Shown piece by piece: positions 26,240 to 37,400 of a stretch of DNA of 64,000 nt. The DNA comes from Gracilinanus agilis (Eukaryota). The first letter of the stretch is position 1. Every line of letters starts with the position of its first letter. The translations under genes were made by a program, and so were the position numbers. The notes under the pieces are model-generated. The model saw only the letters and a list, made by a program, of their open reading frames with translations. It had not been told where the DNA came from and searched no databases. The DNA is taken from assembly GCF_016433145.1 (NCBI RefSeq), contig NC_058131.1, positions 232,045,076-232,109,075 on the forward strand. The letters run 5' to 3'.

Positions 26240-26419
26240 TCCTTCGCTGACGTCAATTGGAGCTGCCCCGTCCCTATATAAATCTGGCAGCAGCCCCGGG
26301 ACACTCCCCGCGTTCCCCAGGCACTGGCAACCGGCCCCGTGCTCCCAGACTCCGGTTCGATTGGGACAGTTACCGAAGCTCTGATACCGCCCCCCGCGGC
26401 AACGCGCTCGGAGAAACCC
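26240..26419 (+). promoter_or_regulatory. UCN core promoter (CRE, inverted CCAAT, TATA) and non-coding exon 1
   Basis: TGACGTCA 26248-26255, ATTGG 26256-26260, TATATAAA 26275-26282. Inferred TSS ~26305-26310, donor CCC|GTGAGT at 26419/26420, exon 2 acceptor CTCAG| at 26837. Confidence 0.8.
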
Positions 26420-26863
26420 GTGAGTGGCTCGTTCTGAGCGCACCCGCGCCCCTAGCTCTGCGCCCTCCCGGACCAGCCCTTTATCGCTTGTTCCCGCAGC
26501 TGCTTTGCTGGGTAGCCTACTCCCCATCCCCTCAGGTCCGTCAGTACAGGCCCGGGTGGGCTGGGAGGAGGGACGGCTCTGCCACGAGACGTGTCCCAGA
26601 CCTCTGGGCTCTGGGCGAGGAAAAAAGGGTGGCTGGGGAGTGCGCCTGGACTCAGTGCCTGTTGGGGCACGTGGTGGATGTGATCTCTGAGAAGCACATG
26701 GTATCCGGGGTTAGAGTGGGAGGGAATACACTGGGGGAGAAGTGGCCCACGGCTCGGGGCAGCTCTGAACATCCCCCCCCCGCCCCGCCCCCAGCCCGTC
26801 TTCCCTGCGCCCTACCCATTGTGTGTATGCATCTCAGGAAGCGGCAGCGGAGATACCAATACC

Positions 26864-27256
26864 ATGAGGCGGCCAGGGCGCACGGCATTGTTGGCGGCAC
26901 TGCTGCTCATCTTGGTCCAACTGTGCCCGGGCAGCTGCGGCTGGGGAACTCTGGAGGCTGTACCCCCCCTGGACAAGGGTCTGGATCGGAGTTTGCGGGG
27001 GAGCCCCAGGAACCGGGCCGGGGGAGCCAGTGCCCTGCTCCTCCTCCTGACCGAGCGTTTCCCTCGTCTGGCAGCTGGGACTGGTACCCTGACTGCGCCC
27101 CTGGGCGATCGGCCCAAGCCCAAACGGGACGAACCTTCTCTCTCCATTGACTTGACCTTCCACCTGCTGCGGACCCTGCTGGAGCTGGCACGGACGCAGA
27201 GTCAGCGGGAGCGCGCGGAGCAGAACCGGCTCATCTTCGATTCGGTGGGCAAATGA
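26864..27256 (+). CDS. UCN: Urocortin (urocortin 1) precursor, 130 aa; mature 40-aa amidated peptide at 27128-27247
   Basis: ATG in ACCATGA context; hydrophobic signal peptide (ALLAALLLILVQLCPGS); KR cleavage site; DEPSLSIDLTFHLLRTLLELARTQSQRERAEQNRLIFDSV followed by the GK amidation signal; CRF-family signature. The ORF track start at 26819 lies in the intron. Confidence 0.98.
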   Translation: MRRPGRTALLAALLLILVQLCPGSCGWGTLEAVPPLDKGLDRSLRGSPRNRAGGASALLLLLTERFPRLAAGTGTLTAPLGDRPKPKRDEPSLSIDLTFHLLRTLLELARTQSQRERAEQNRLIFDSVGK

Positions 27257-27392
27257 GTCCGGGCTGGCCAGCTCCGCTCCGCCGTCTGGGACCGGAGAGG
27301 CGGCGTCTGGGGGCTAGTCCTAAAAGCCCCCGGAACTGTGCGGAGGCGCGGCCGGCTTCAGCTTCCTACCGCGGACCGTGTTTTTGTTTTCT

Positions 27393-27398
27393 AATAAA
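27393..27398 (+). terminator. UCN polyadenylation signal
   Basis: AATAAA 137 nt after the stop, preceded by a U-rich tract (TGTTTTTGTTTTCT). Confidence 0.8.
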
Positions 27399-27934
27399 AG
27401 TGATGAAGAGTTGCTGTCTCCCGCTTCAGTGCGGGTGCGGGCGCTGGTGCGGGGCCGGGAACGGGGGTGGAGGGGAACACAGTGGTGGGACCCTGGACCC
27501 GGCCATTCTGCTGGGTCGGACCCAACCCCTTTCTGGGGAACCCCAGCGGACTACATAGAGGAAGGAGAGAGAGGGGGATAGATCTTGCCCAGCGCGCTCA
27601 GAAAACACCTATGAAACCTCTGCCCACTCCTAGATCTTTCCGAAAGCCGAACGCTCAAGGATGTTCCACAAACTCCTCCGCGACGCTCTAATTGCTACCC
27701 AAGCCCAACCTGAGTAGACAAGAACCCCAACTCGCATCTCCTGCTAAGGTCTGGGCTCTGTAGAGCTTTCTTCTTCCTTGAGTGAAGGACCCTAACTTGA
27801 GCAGGGACAGTGAGGGGATGGGACCACGGGTAACCGCTGGGGATGGGGAGAAGAGGAAGCAACAGGGACTCGGATTGGGGGGGTGGTGTCCCAGGGCCAT
27901 GGGGTCACGGGGGCAGAAGGAGAGAATTCGGAGC

Positions 27935-28052
27935 ACAGAGGGTAGTCGCATCCTTTATTGAACCGCAGGGCAGTAGAGACTCGTTCTCTCTCGGTGTCTT
28001 CTGAAGTTATTCTTCTCTTCCTGCAGGAACCTCATCCAGGGTCAGTGCAGGC
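27935..28052 (-). other. TRIM54: TRIM54 non-coding terminal exon with poly(A) signal
   Basis: Donor GAGG|GTAAGT after 28455, acceptor GGAACAG|GCCTGC at 28053/28052, AATAAA on the minus strand at 27954-27959. The 3' end is approximate. Confidence 0.7.
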
Positions 28053-28458
28053 CTGTTCCCAGGAAAAGCCTTAGTGGGTGGGCAAATTAAAAGGGTACGG
28101 AGAGGCCCCCACAGGGTGCTGCTTGCAGCTCCACTTAGACCAGGAACTACTGAGCCTCCCTCTGGCTCAGGCCTTGAACAGCATCTCCCATAACCAGCCC
28201 TTTGGAAAAGGCAGAGACAGGGAAATGATAGGGCCCAAGGCTCTGGAGGAAACCCAAGAGCTCAAGAGAGGTGCTTGAGCTGGGTACCTGGGTAGTACCT
28301 TAGCTCCCCTGGTTACCTTGGCTTTGGGGCTGCTGGGAATCAGGAGAGAGGGATCAACCCCCCCCCCCCCATCTGCTCTAGACCTCACCCTCTGCTATTT
28401 TCACCACCTCAACCTTCTGAAAGGCCTCCTCATACCCTGTCAGGGCTCACTTACCCTC

Positions 28459-31400
28459 CTAAGCCTCCAGTCTCTCTTCCTCAGCCCCAGCAGCACTGCC
28501 ATCTTCCCCTTCCAACACCAATTCATCTTCTTCTTCCTCCCCAGAACCCCCTGGGGCAAATATAAAAACTTGATTACACAGGCCTGGACCCTTACACATC
28601 CTGAACCCTTAGCTCCTTCATGTCCTTTAAATAGGTCCAAACCCAAGACACCATATGATTGATACAGAAGGTGCAGGACCACCTCTAGCTATAAGGCAAT
28701 ATGATGCATTGGTCACAGAACCTGGGTTCCAATCCTATATCTGAAGCTTACTTCTTGGGCAACTCACTTCCCCTTCCTGGGACTCAGTTTCCTTACCTGT
28801 AAAATGAGGGAAGGGGTCGAACTAGATGACCTTTAAGGTCCCTTCTAGTTCTAGAGTTTTGATCCTATGATCCTGGTTCTGCCACCTGTGGGACTTTGGA
28901 TGACTCACAATCTCTCTGGGCTTCAATTTCCTGAACTGAAAATAAGGGAGTGGGAGTAGATGACCCAGAAAGTCCTTTCTCTCTCTAAATCTATGATCAT
29001 ATTGCAGTAAATTGCTTCCAATTCGCCCCCCCCCATTTCCTTTAATTCAAGCATTTCAGTCTACCCATCTTTCCCCACATCTCTTACCAGTCTGGAAGTC
29101 AATCGTCCGAAGCATCTCAGCCACGTGCTCCACATTCACTGAGAACTGTTCCATGCTTTCATAGCCTGGCTCTGGCCGCCCAGCCAACTCCACCTTTGCC
29201 ATGTCCCCAACCCTACAACATGGGCTCAACTCAACCCTGAAAAGCCCTTCAAGAGGTCCCCTTCATTGAGACGCCTAAATCTTCTCTGATTCTCAAGCTC
29301 CTTCCTGCTCAATGAGCACAGTCCTCTCAGACATGGGTCACCACATACACATTTATCCTCTCCTCCCTCTTCCCCTTTTAACAGCCTCCCCAGCCCCAGC
29401 CTAAGGGAAGCCCAGCACACCAGACTCACTTTTTAATCAGCTCCTTGGCCTGCTACAGGGGGGAAAGAGAGGGTAAAAGTGAGGCCAGGATAGCCAGCTA
29501 CAACCCAGCCTTCCCTACACATACCTCTGAGGAGTATCCCCAGCCCACTCCCTCTCCAACAGTCCTGAAAGCCCATTAGCCCTGTAGTTGCCCCACCTGG
29601 AGGTAAAGGGCCATCTGTGGCTCCTCCATAGACTGAATGGCAGACTCCACAAGCTTGGATGAAGCCTCCAAGTGGTCTCCGTATTGACGAATGAGTCCTC
29701 GAACCCGCTGAAGCTTTTCTTCCTGCTCCCGAGCCAGGGCTTGAAGCAGCTCAGCCTTCCTCTCCTCCAACACTGCACACAATGTCTCAAACCTCTGTCC
29801 CAGGAGTTGCTTCTGCCTGCGGCTGTTGTCCTGAGGTTGGGATAGAGATGTTAGGAGGAGAGTTCTTCAGAGGACCAGTGGTCTCAAGCACCCAGAAAAA
29901 GCCCAGAGAGCACCTGAAACCTGTGCTGTCAGGGTTCTGCCATGTTACCACAGATGGACACAGAGCTGAGAGATGTCACTGTCATACTCACAGGCACTCA
30001 AATGCAAGCACACTCACACAGGATTTGTATGGTCCCGTTCAATGTCCTACCTCCAAAGGAGAGAGGAAGGAAGGGTTGGGAAGACCAGAAGATATTCTGA
30101 TCTGATAGGGGCCAAGGAAAGGCACAACTATATGATTCATCAATACACACTGGAACAGGATAGCATGGCACAGTGGAAAGAGTACCAGGCCTGGAGATGG
30201 GAGTTCCTTGGTTGAAATCTGGTCTCAGACACTTCCTAGTTGTGTGACCCTGGGCAAGTCAATTACCCCTCATTGCCTAGCCTAGCACACTATTGACTTA
30301 GAATTATCACTAGGACAGGAAATAAGTTTTTTTTTAATTAAAAAAAATACACACAGGAATTCCTAGTCCTAACTCTGTATCTTGGATAGAGCTCCAAATA
30401 AATGCTTTGCTTTGCCCCTCTCCACATCAGGTTCTACACTTCATTTTCCTTGAGTTTTAGCAGTTTCCCACCCCTCCTAGTCCCACCTCTCCAGGAGGCT
30501 CCTGCCCATCACTTCCCCAGAAGATGCCCCAAACTTACTTCAATAGTCTGGCACACCTCTTCCATCTGAGTAATGACTGCCTGGACCCGATCGTTTCCAG
30601 CCACCAGCATGGCAATGCCATCGCTCAGCTCACTCTGCCATATATGTCAGGCACAAAATCATTCTCTGTCTAGGTATCTTCTCACTTCTAGATATTCCCC
30701 CTCCCTTCAAACACAGAGCCAGGATGGACCACAACAGGAGGAACTAAGGAATTCTTGCCCAAGGAAGGTATCCTTAAGAACCTATTTCAAAATATCTAAT
30801 CCCAGGGAAGCTAAGTCTTCAACGGCTAGAGAGGAGGGATGTGGATTTCAGGGAATCCTGAAACAAATGTGTGGGCATTATGGGAAGTGGGGTAGAGGAT
30901 GGATCCCAAAGGACCTCACAGTTTGGACAGGAGAGACTTCAAGACCCCCTACACTTGAGTGTGTTACCTTCTGGCGTTTGTAGATGTTGGGCAGTGGTGC
31001 CACTTCACAGTCCTTATGAGCTCCAAATACCTTGCAGAGGGAACAGGTGGGCACTTCACAACTCAGGCAATAGATGTTAATCTTCTCTTCCTCATGCTCC
31101 TCACACATTAGGTGCTGCTCTGCCTTAGAATGCAAGGGCCTGGGCAGTAGTAGCACAGGGATCATCAGGAGAACAACCAGAGTTAGTGAAGTCAGTTTTA
31201 TTGATCCACAATTAGGTATGGGAAGAAGTAAGGGCAGAGATTGAAACACAAATTTATTCTCTTCATGAACTAGTTGTATCTACTTAGTTTTAAGGTCCAA
31301 GATCACCTCCTAAATCCAGTTAGCTTTCTAACCAATATACACCTTTGGACACAAAACTAACCTTCTAGGTGCACAATATTTTAAAAAACCCTTACCTTCA

Positions 31401-34400
31401 GTCTTAGGATCAAGAATTGCATTGCTACCGACGAAATGTGAGGAGCATCTTTTCTTATCCTTTTCTCTCATCACATCAAGTCTGCTTTCTTTTCTATCCT
31501 TTCATCTCTCTAATAATATCCACCATACCCTTCTCTTGTTTAGTTCTGGGGTGGTAATGTGTTATATCTATCAGTGCTCCTCTCCATGGCATCCTTTGAG
31601 TAACCCTCAATTCTGTGACTTATAGCTGTGAAGATTACCCAAAGGAATATTGGAATTGAGGCAGCTAGGTAGCACAGTGGACAGAGTGCCAGGCCTGGAT
31701 TTAGGAGGATCTGGGTTCAAATCTGACCTCAGACATTTCCTAATTGTATGACCTTGGGCAGGTCACCTAACCCCAACTGCCAAGCTCCTGTCATTTTTCT
31801 GTCTAAGAATAGATGCTTAATATCAATTCTAAGACAGAAGGTAAGGGCTTTCTTCTTATTTAATTTTATTTTTTCTCCAATTACATGTAAAAATAGTTTC
31901 CAACATTTTTCAAAGAATTTCAAGTTTCAAATTTTCTCCCTCCCTCTCTCCCTCCCCTCCTACTCCCATTGAAGTAGCAAGCAATTTCATACAGATTTTA
32001 CATGTGCAATCATGTAAAACATTTTTCCATATTAATCCTTTTGTGAAAGAAAACTCAAAACAAAAAAATTAAGAAAGCGAAAAAAATTGTTTTGGTCTGG
32101 ATTCAGACTCCATTAGTTCTTTCTCTGGAAGCAAATGGCATTTTAGTATGGAGTCCAAATTTCTATTAATTTCTGCCGTTTCAGGAAGAACAATGATTCT
32201 CAAATTGTCTCTTCTAGACCTGTTATCTTGATCTGTCAGTTTTTCATTGAGATATTTCATGATTCCTTCTATTTTATCAACCTTTTGACTTTGTTTTATT
32301 TGTTCTTGCTGTCTTGAGAGATCCTTGGCTTCTACTTGCCCAATTCTTGTCTTTAGAGACTGGTTTTCTGCTATAATCTTCTGATTTTCCTTTTCAATTT
32401 GGTCTATCCTGTTTTCCAGCTGTTTGATTTTGGTCTCCAATTTGCTTATCAATTCTTTTGATTTGGGGGCATCTTTTTCGAATTGCCCAATCCTAGCCTT
32501 TAGAGACTGGTTTTCCTTTTCAATCTGGTCATTTCTGGTCTTCAATTTACTTGCCTCACTTTCCAATTGCGAAATTCTGCCTTTTAAACTGTTATTTTCT
32601 TGCCAGATCTCTTCCGTCTTTCTCATAATCTCAGATTTGAACTCTTCAAGACCTTGTGACCAGTTTTCATTTTTGGGGGGAAGGTTTGGATATGGTTACT
32701 TGTTTGTTCTCCTCTGCTGTTTGCTCTGTTGTCTAAAGGTTTCTTCTTGATCTTTCTCTTCTGGGGTTCCTGTGGATGGCTTGCCATTGTGAGCTGCGTG
32801 CCCTCTCAGCTTTATCCTCATACCCAGGGTCTGTCTGAGCTCTTTAGGCTCCTGAGGTCTCAGGTCTAGTTGTTCTCAGGGTCAAGCCTCCTGGTGGTCC
32901 CCTTGCTTGTTCTTCTGCCTGAAGCTCCTTTAACAGTCTCAGGGCACTGCTTCCACAGTCATGCATCCCTCTGCACTGGGTCCCCACTCAAGGTCCACAC
33001 CTGCGCTCAGGGTCTGTGTTCAAAGTCCGTGTGTTCTTTAGCCTCTTGGGGTCTTAAGTCTTGCTGCTTTCAGGAGCAGGCCCTGGTGATGCCAGGTAGC
33101 TGCCAATGACTTAATGGGTGCCCCCCCCCAAAAAAAAACATGCTCTAACTCTTTTTTGCTGGCTTTGGCACTATGGGTGGTATGGGGGGGAGGGGGTTGC
33201 TCAGCTCTCTTTTTAGTGAAAGCTGTTTCACTCCTTTATAGCATGGAAATGTCCCAATCCCATTTACCTTCAATGCTGCGCCCTGTTGTGGGGTCCCTTC
33301 GTTCATCTGGATTTGTTTTTATGTTTTCTTGAGGAGTCCTACATGAGTGAGTTAGGAGAGGTCAAGCAGCTGCTTTTTACTTTGCCACCATCTTAACCCA
33401 GAAGTCCCTCAGCAAATGGGATTTTAAAAAAATCATGAGTCCTTTAGGATTGTTTTGGATCATTGTGTTGCTAAGAATAACCAAGTTATTCACAGTTATT
33501 CCTATCACTGTGAACAATATTCTTCTGGTTCAGCTTATTCTGCTTCAGTTCATGTAAGTTTTCCCAGGGTTTTCTAAGCTCCTTCTCCTCATCATTTCTT
33601 AGAGCACAATAGTCCTCCATTCGAATCATATACTATAACTTACTCGACTGTTCCACAATTGATGGGTATCCCTCCACTTTTTTTTAACTCCACCAAAAAA
33701 CAAACAAACAACCTGCTTAAATATTTTTGTACATAGAGGTCCTTCTCCTTTTTTTTTTTTTTATCTCTTTGTGATACAAACCTAGTAATGGTATTGCTGG
33801 ATGAAAGGATATGTACTGTTTTATAGCCTTTGGGGCATAGGTCCAAATTATTGAATCAGTTCACATCTCCCTCAACAGTGCAACAGAGCATCTGGATTTT
33901 CCTACATTGTCTTCAAGTTTTGTCATTTTTCCTTTTCTGTCATAATAGCCAAATTGATAGGTATGGGGTAGTGTTTAGTGTGCATTTCTCTAATTAATAG
34001 TGATTTGGAGCATTTTTTTGCATGACTATTGAAAGCTTTAATTACTTTGCCAATTTATCAATTTTAACCTTTGACCATTTATCAATTGGGGAATGACTTG
34101 TATTCTTATACATTTGACTCATTTCTCTATGTATTTGAGAAAGGAGGCTTTTATTAAAGACATAAAAAATTATGGATCATTATGATTACTGTGTATTACT
34201 TTCCATCCCATTTCTCCCTGTCTAGTTTCTGACCATCAACCTCTCTCAATTTGTTCCCTTTTTTATCAGCCCCACTTCATTTTATTTTTCCCTTCCCTTC
34301 CTACTTTCCTGTAAGGTAAAACAGATTTCTGTACCCAATTGATTGTGTATATTCTTCCCTCATTGAGCTGATTCCAAGGAGAGTAAAATTCACATGATCC

Positions 34401-37400
34401 CCACCCCACCCCATCTCCTCCATTTCACCCTCCACTATAAAAGCTTTTTCATGCCTCTTTTATGTATGATAATTTGCCCCGTTCTATTTTTCCCTCTCCC
34501 CTCTTCCTAATGCATTCTTCTTTCTCATGCCTTAATTTTTTTTTATATCATCCCATCATATTCAACTCATGTTCTTGCTTTCTATGTATACTCCTTCTAA
34601 CTGCCCTAAAATGATCAAGTTCTTAGGAGTTTTAAGAATCATCTTCCCATGTAGAAATATAAATAGTTTAACTTTATTGAATGTCTTTTGATTTCTCTTT
34701 TCTGTTTACCCTTTTACGATTCTCTTGAGTCTTGTACTTCAGCTCTGGTCTTTTCTATTCAGCTCTGGTCTTTTCATAAGGAATGTTTGAAGATCCTCTA
34801 TTTTATTGAATACCCATTTTCCCCCTGAAGGATTATGCTCAGTTTTGCTGGGCAAAGTGATTCTTGGTTGAAATCTTAATTCCTTTGTCCTCTGGAATAT
34901 TATATTCCACACCCTCTAATCCTTTAATGTAGAAATTGCTAAGTCTTGTGTTATTCTGACTGTGGTTCCACAATATTGGGATTGTTTCTTTCTGGCTACT
35001 TGCAATATTTTCTCCTTGACCTGGGAGTTCTGGAAATTGGTTATAATATTCCTGGGAGTTATCCTTTTGGGATCTCTTTCAAGAGGTGATCAGTGGATTC
35101 TTTCAATTTCTGTTTTACCCTCTGGTTCTAGAATATCAAGGCACTTTCCCTTGATAATTTCTTGAAAAATTATGCCTGAGCTCTTTTTTTTTTTTATCAT
35201 GGCTTTCAGGTAGTCCAATAATTCTTAGATCATCTCTCCTGGACTTATTTTCCAGGTCAATTGTTTTTCCCATGAGGTATTTCACATTTTCTCCTATTTT
35301 TTTATTCTTTTGACTTTAATTGTTTCTTGATGTCTCATGGAGTCATTAGCTTCCACTTGCTCAGCTCTAATTTTTAAGATATGATTTTCTGGAGTCCATC
35401 CAACTGCCCATCATAGTATAATATTCTTCATCAATTTGGATGTTTGGAAAATTACATACCTTCTAACTTTAGGTGTCCCTCAAGGTCCAGTTCTGGGCCT
35501 TCATTTCTTTTCCCTGACTACTATCTTACTCTGATCTCATCGGTTCTGATGGATTTCATTTCCATCTCTATGATGATGATTCTCAAATATGCCTATTTTA
35601 CTCCTGTCTCTCCACTGACCTCCAAACTCAAATCTTCAACTGTCTTTCAGACATTTTGAACTAGATATCCAAAAAACATCTTAAACTCAATATATCTGAA
35701 ACCAAACTCTTTATCTTTCCCTCAAAACCCTCTCTCCCTTCTTCCTCCCTGTTTACTGTAGAAGACAATATCATCCCCCCACCCCCACCCCGGGGTCCAT
35801 TAGTCTTGAAACCTAGGAGTCATCCTGGATGCCACACTATCCCTCACCACCCCCATATCTAAAACATTACAAATTTCACCTTTGCAACATTTCTTAAATA
35901 TTCCCCCTTTTCTCCTCTGGCACAGAGGCACCCTGGTACAAGTCCTCATCATCTCATAACTGGATTATTACAATAGCTTGCTTCAAGTGTCTCCTCCCCC
36001 TAATCCATTCAGCCACTAAAATGATTTTCCTAAAACTCAGGTCCGTTCATGGCACTCTACCCGAAACCCCAATTCGATAAACTCCAGTGGCTTCAGATTA
36101 CCTCTCAGATCAAATATAAAGTGCTTTGTTTAGTATCTAAAGCCCTTCCTAACCTAGACCCCTCCCTTCCAATCTTCTTACCCATTATTCTCTGACACTC
36201 TTCAACCCAGTGACACTGGTCTCCTGGCTATTCCTTAAATAAGACACCCCTATATCTTGGCTCCAGACATTTTCTCTGGCTGTCCCTCATGGCTGGAACT
36301 CTCTCCCTCCTCCACTATGATTACTGACCTCCCTGGCTTCTTTGAAGTCTCAACTACAATCTCACCTTCTACCCTTTTAATTCCAGAGCTTTCTCTCTGT
36401 TGATTATTTCCTATTTATTGTATATCTGCTTGTTTTATAAATGTATTTATAAATACATTTATACAAACACATAAATAAATTATTTATGTATTTGTTTACA
36501 TATTCTCTCCCTTATTGGATTGTATATTCCTTGAAGGCAGGGACTGTCTTTTGTCTTTTTTTGATTCTTTTACAGTTCCTGACACATAATAGGTGCTTGT
36601 GGTAGTTCAGTTGTTTCAGTCATGTCTGAATCCATTTGAGATTCTCTTGGCAAAGACACTTGGCTGATTTGCCATTTCCTTCTCCAGGATTTGGCAGATG
36701 AGGAAACTGAGGCAAATGGGGATAAGTGACTTTCCTAGGGTCACTCAGGTAGGTAAGTAGGTCAGATTTGAGCTCAAGAGGATGAATCTTTCTGACTTCA
36801 GGCCAAGGGCTCTATCCATTGCACCACCAGTAGGTGTTTAATAAATGTTTATTGAGTGAATAAATGATATCTATGTTTGTGGCTAACCTCCCATTAGACT
36901 AGGTTCTATGAAGTCTCTACCAGGACTTATAGAAACATTGTATTTTCTCCAAGACCTAGTATATATGTTAGCATACAGTAGGTGCTTTATAGATGCTAAA
37001 TGTGAATCTATAGAAGAGGAAGAGAGAATTTGGTCTCACCTTGAAGATTCTTGTTTGTAAATGTCAATGATATTTTCCACCAGCAGGTTGCGCTGCAGTC
37101 CATAGACACCATGTCTGTCGAGAACCACCTCATGCCTACAGGATGGGCAGCGGAACCGTCCCCCTGAGGACACTGTGGTGGAACCCCGGGATTGCCACAG
37201 AGGATTTGAGGCCTGAAGAGGGAGGAAGGGAATTGGGAGCAGTGAGGACCAAGCGTAAACACACATCAGCCCACAGTGAAACACGGAAGGGTCTAAGGGA
37301 GCAGAGATGATTGTAGGACCCTAAAAAGTCAGGGCTAGAAATGATAATAATTTAGGAAGGTGGTATTCCTTTATTCCTTCAGCAATCATGTATTAAGCGC

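Noticed and set aside
26819-26863. N-terminal extension of UCN in the ORF track (MCVCISG...)
   Set aside because: The start lies in the intron upstream of the acceptor at 26837; the signal peptide begins at ATG 26864.
26257-27150. 297-aa plus-strand ORF overlapping UCN, and several antisense ORFs there
   Set aside because: Non-ATG start upstream of the TATA box, runs through the UCN intron, and is Pro/Arg/Gly-rich: the expected artefact of a stop-poor CpG island.
32069-32626. 185-aa coiled-coil ORF as a host gene
   Set aside because: It is L1 ORF1p fused to flanking L1 3'UTR sequence, and the true ORF1 start is frameshifted.
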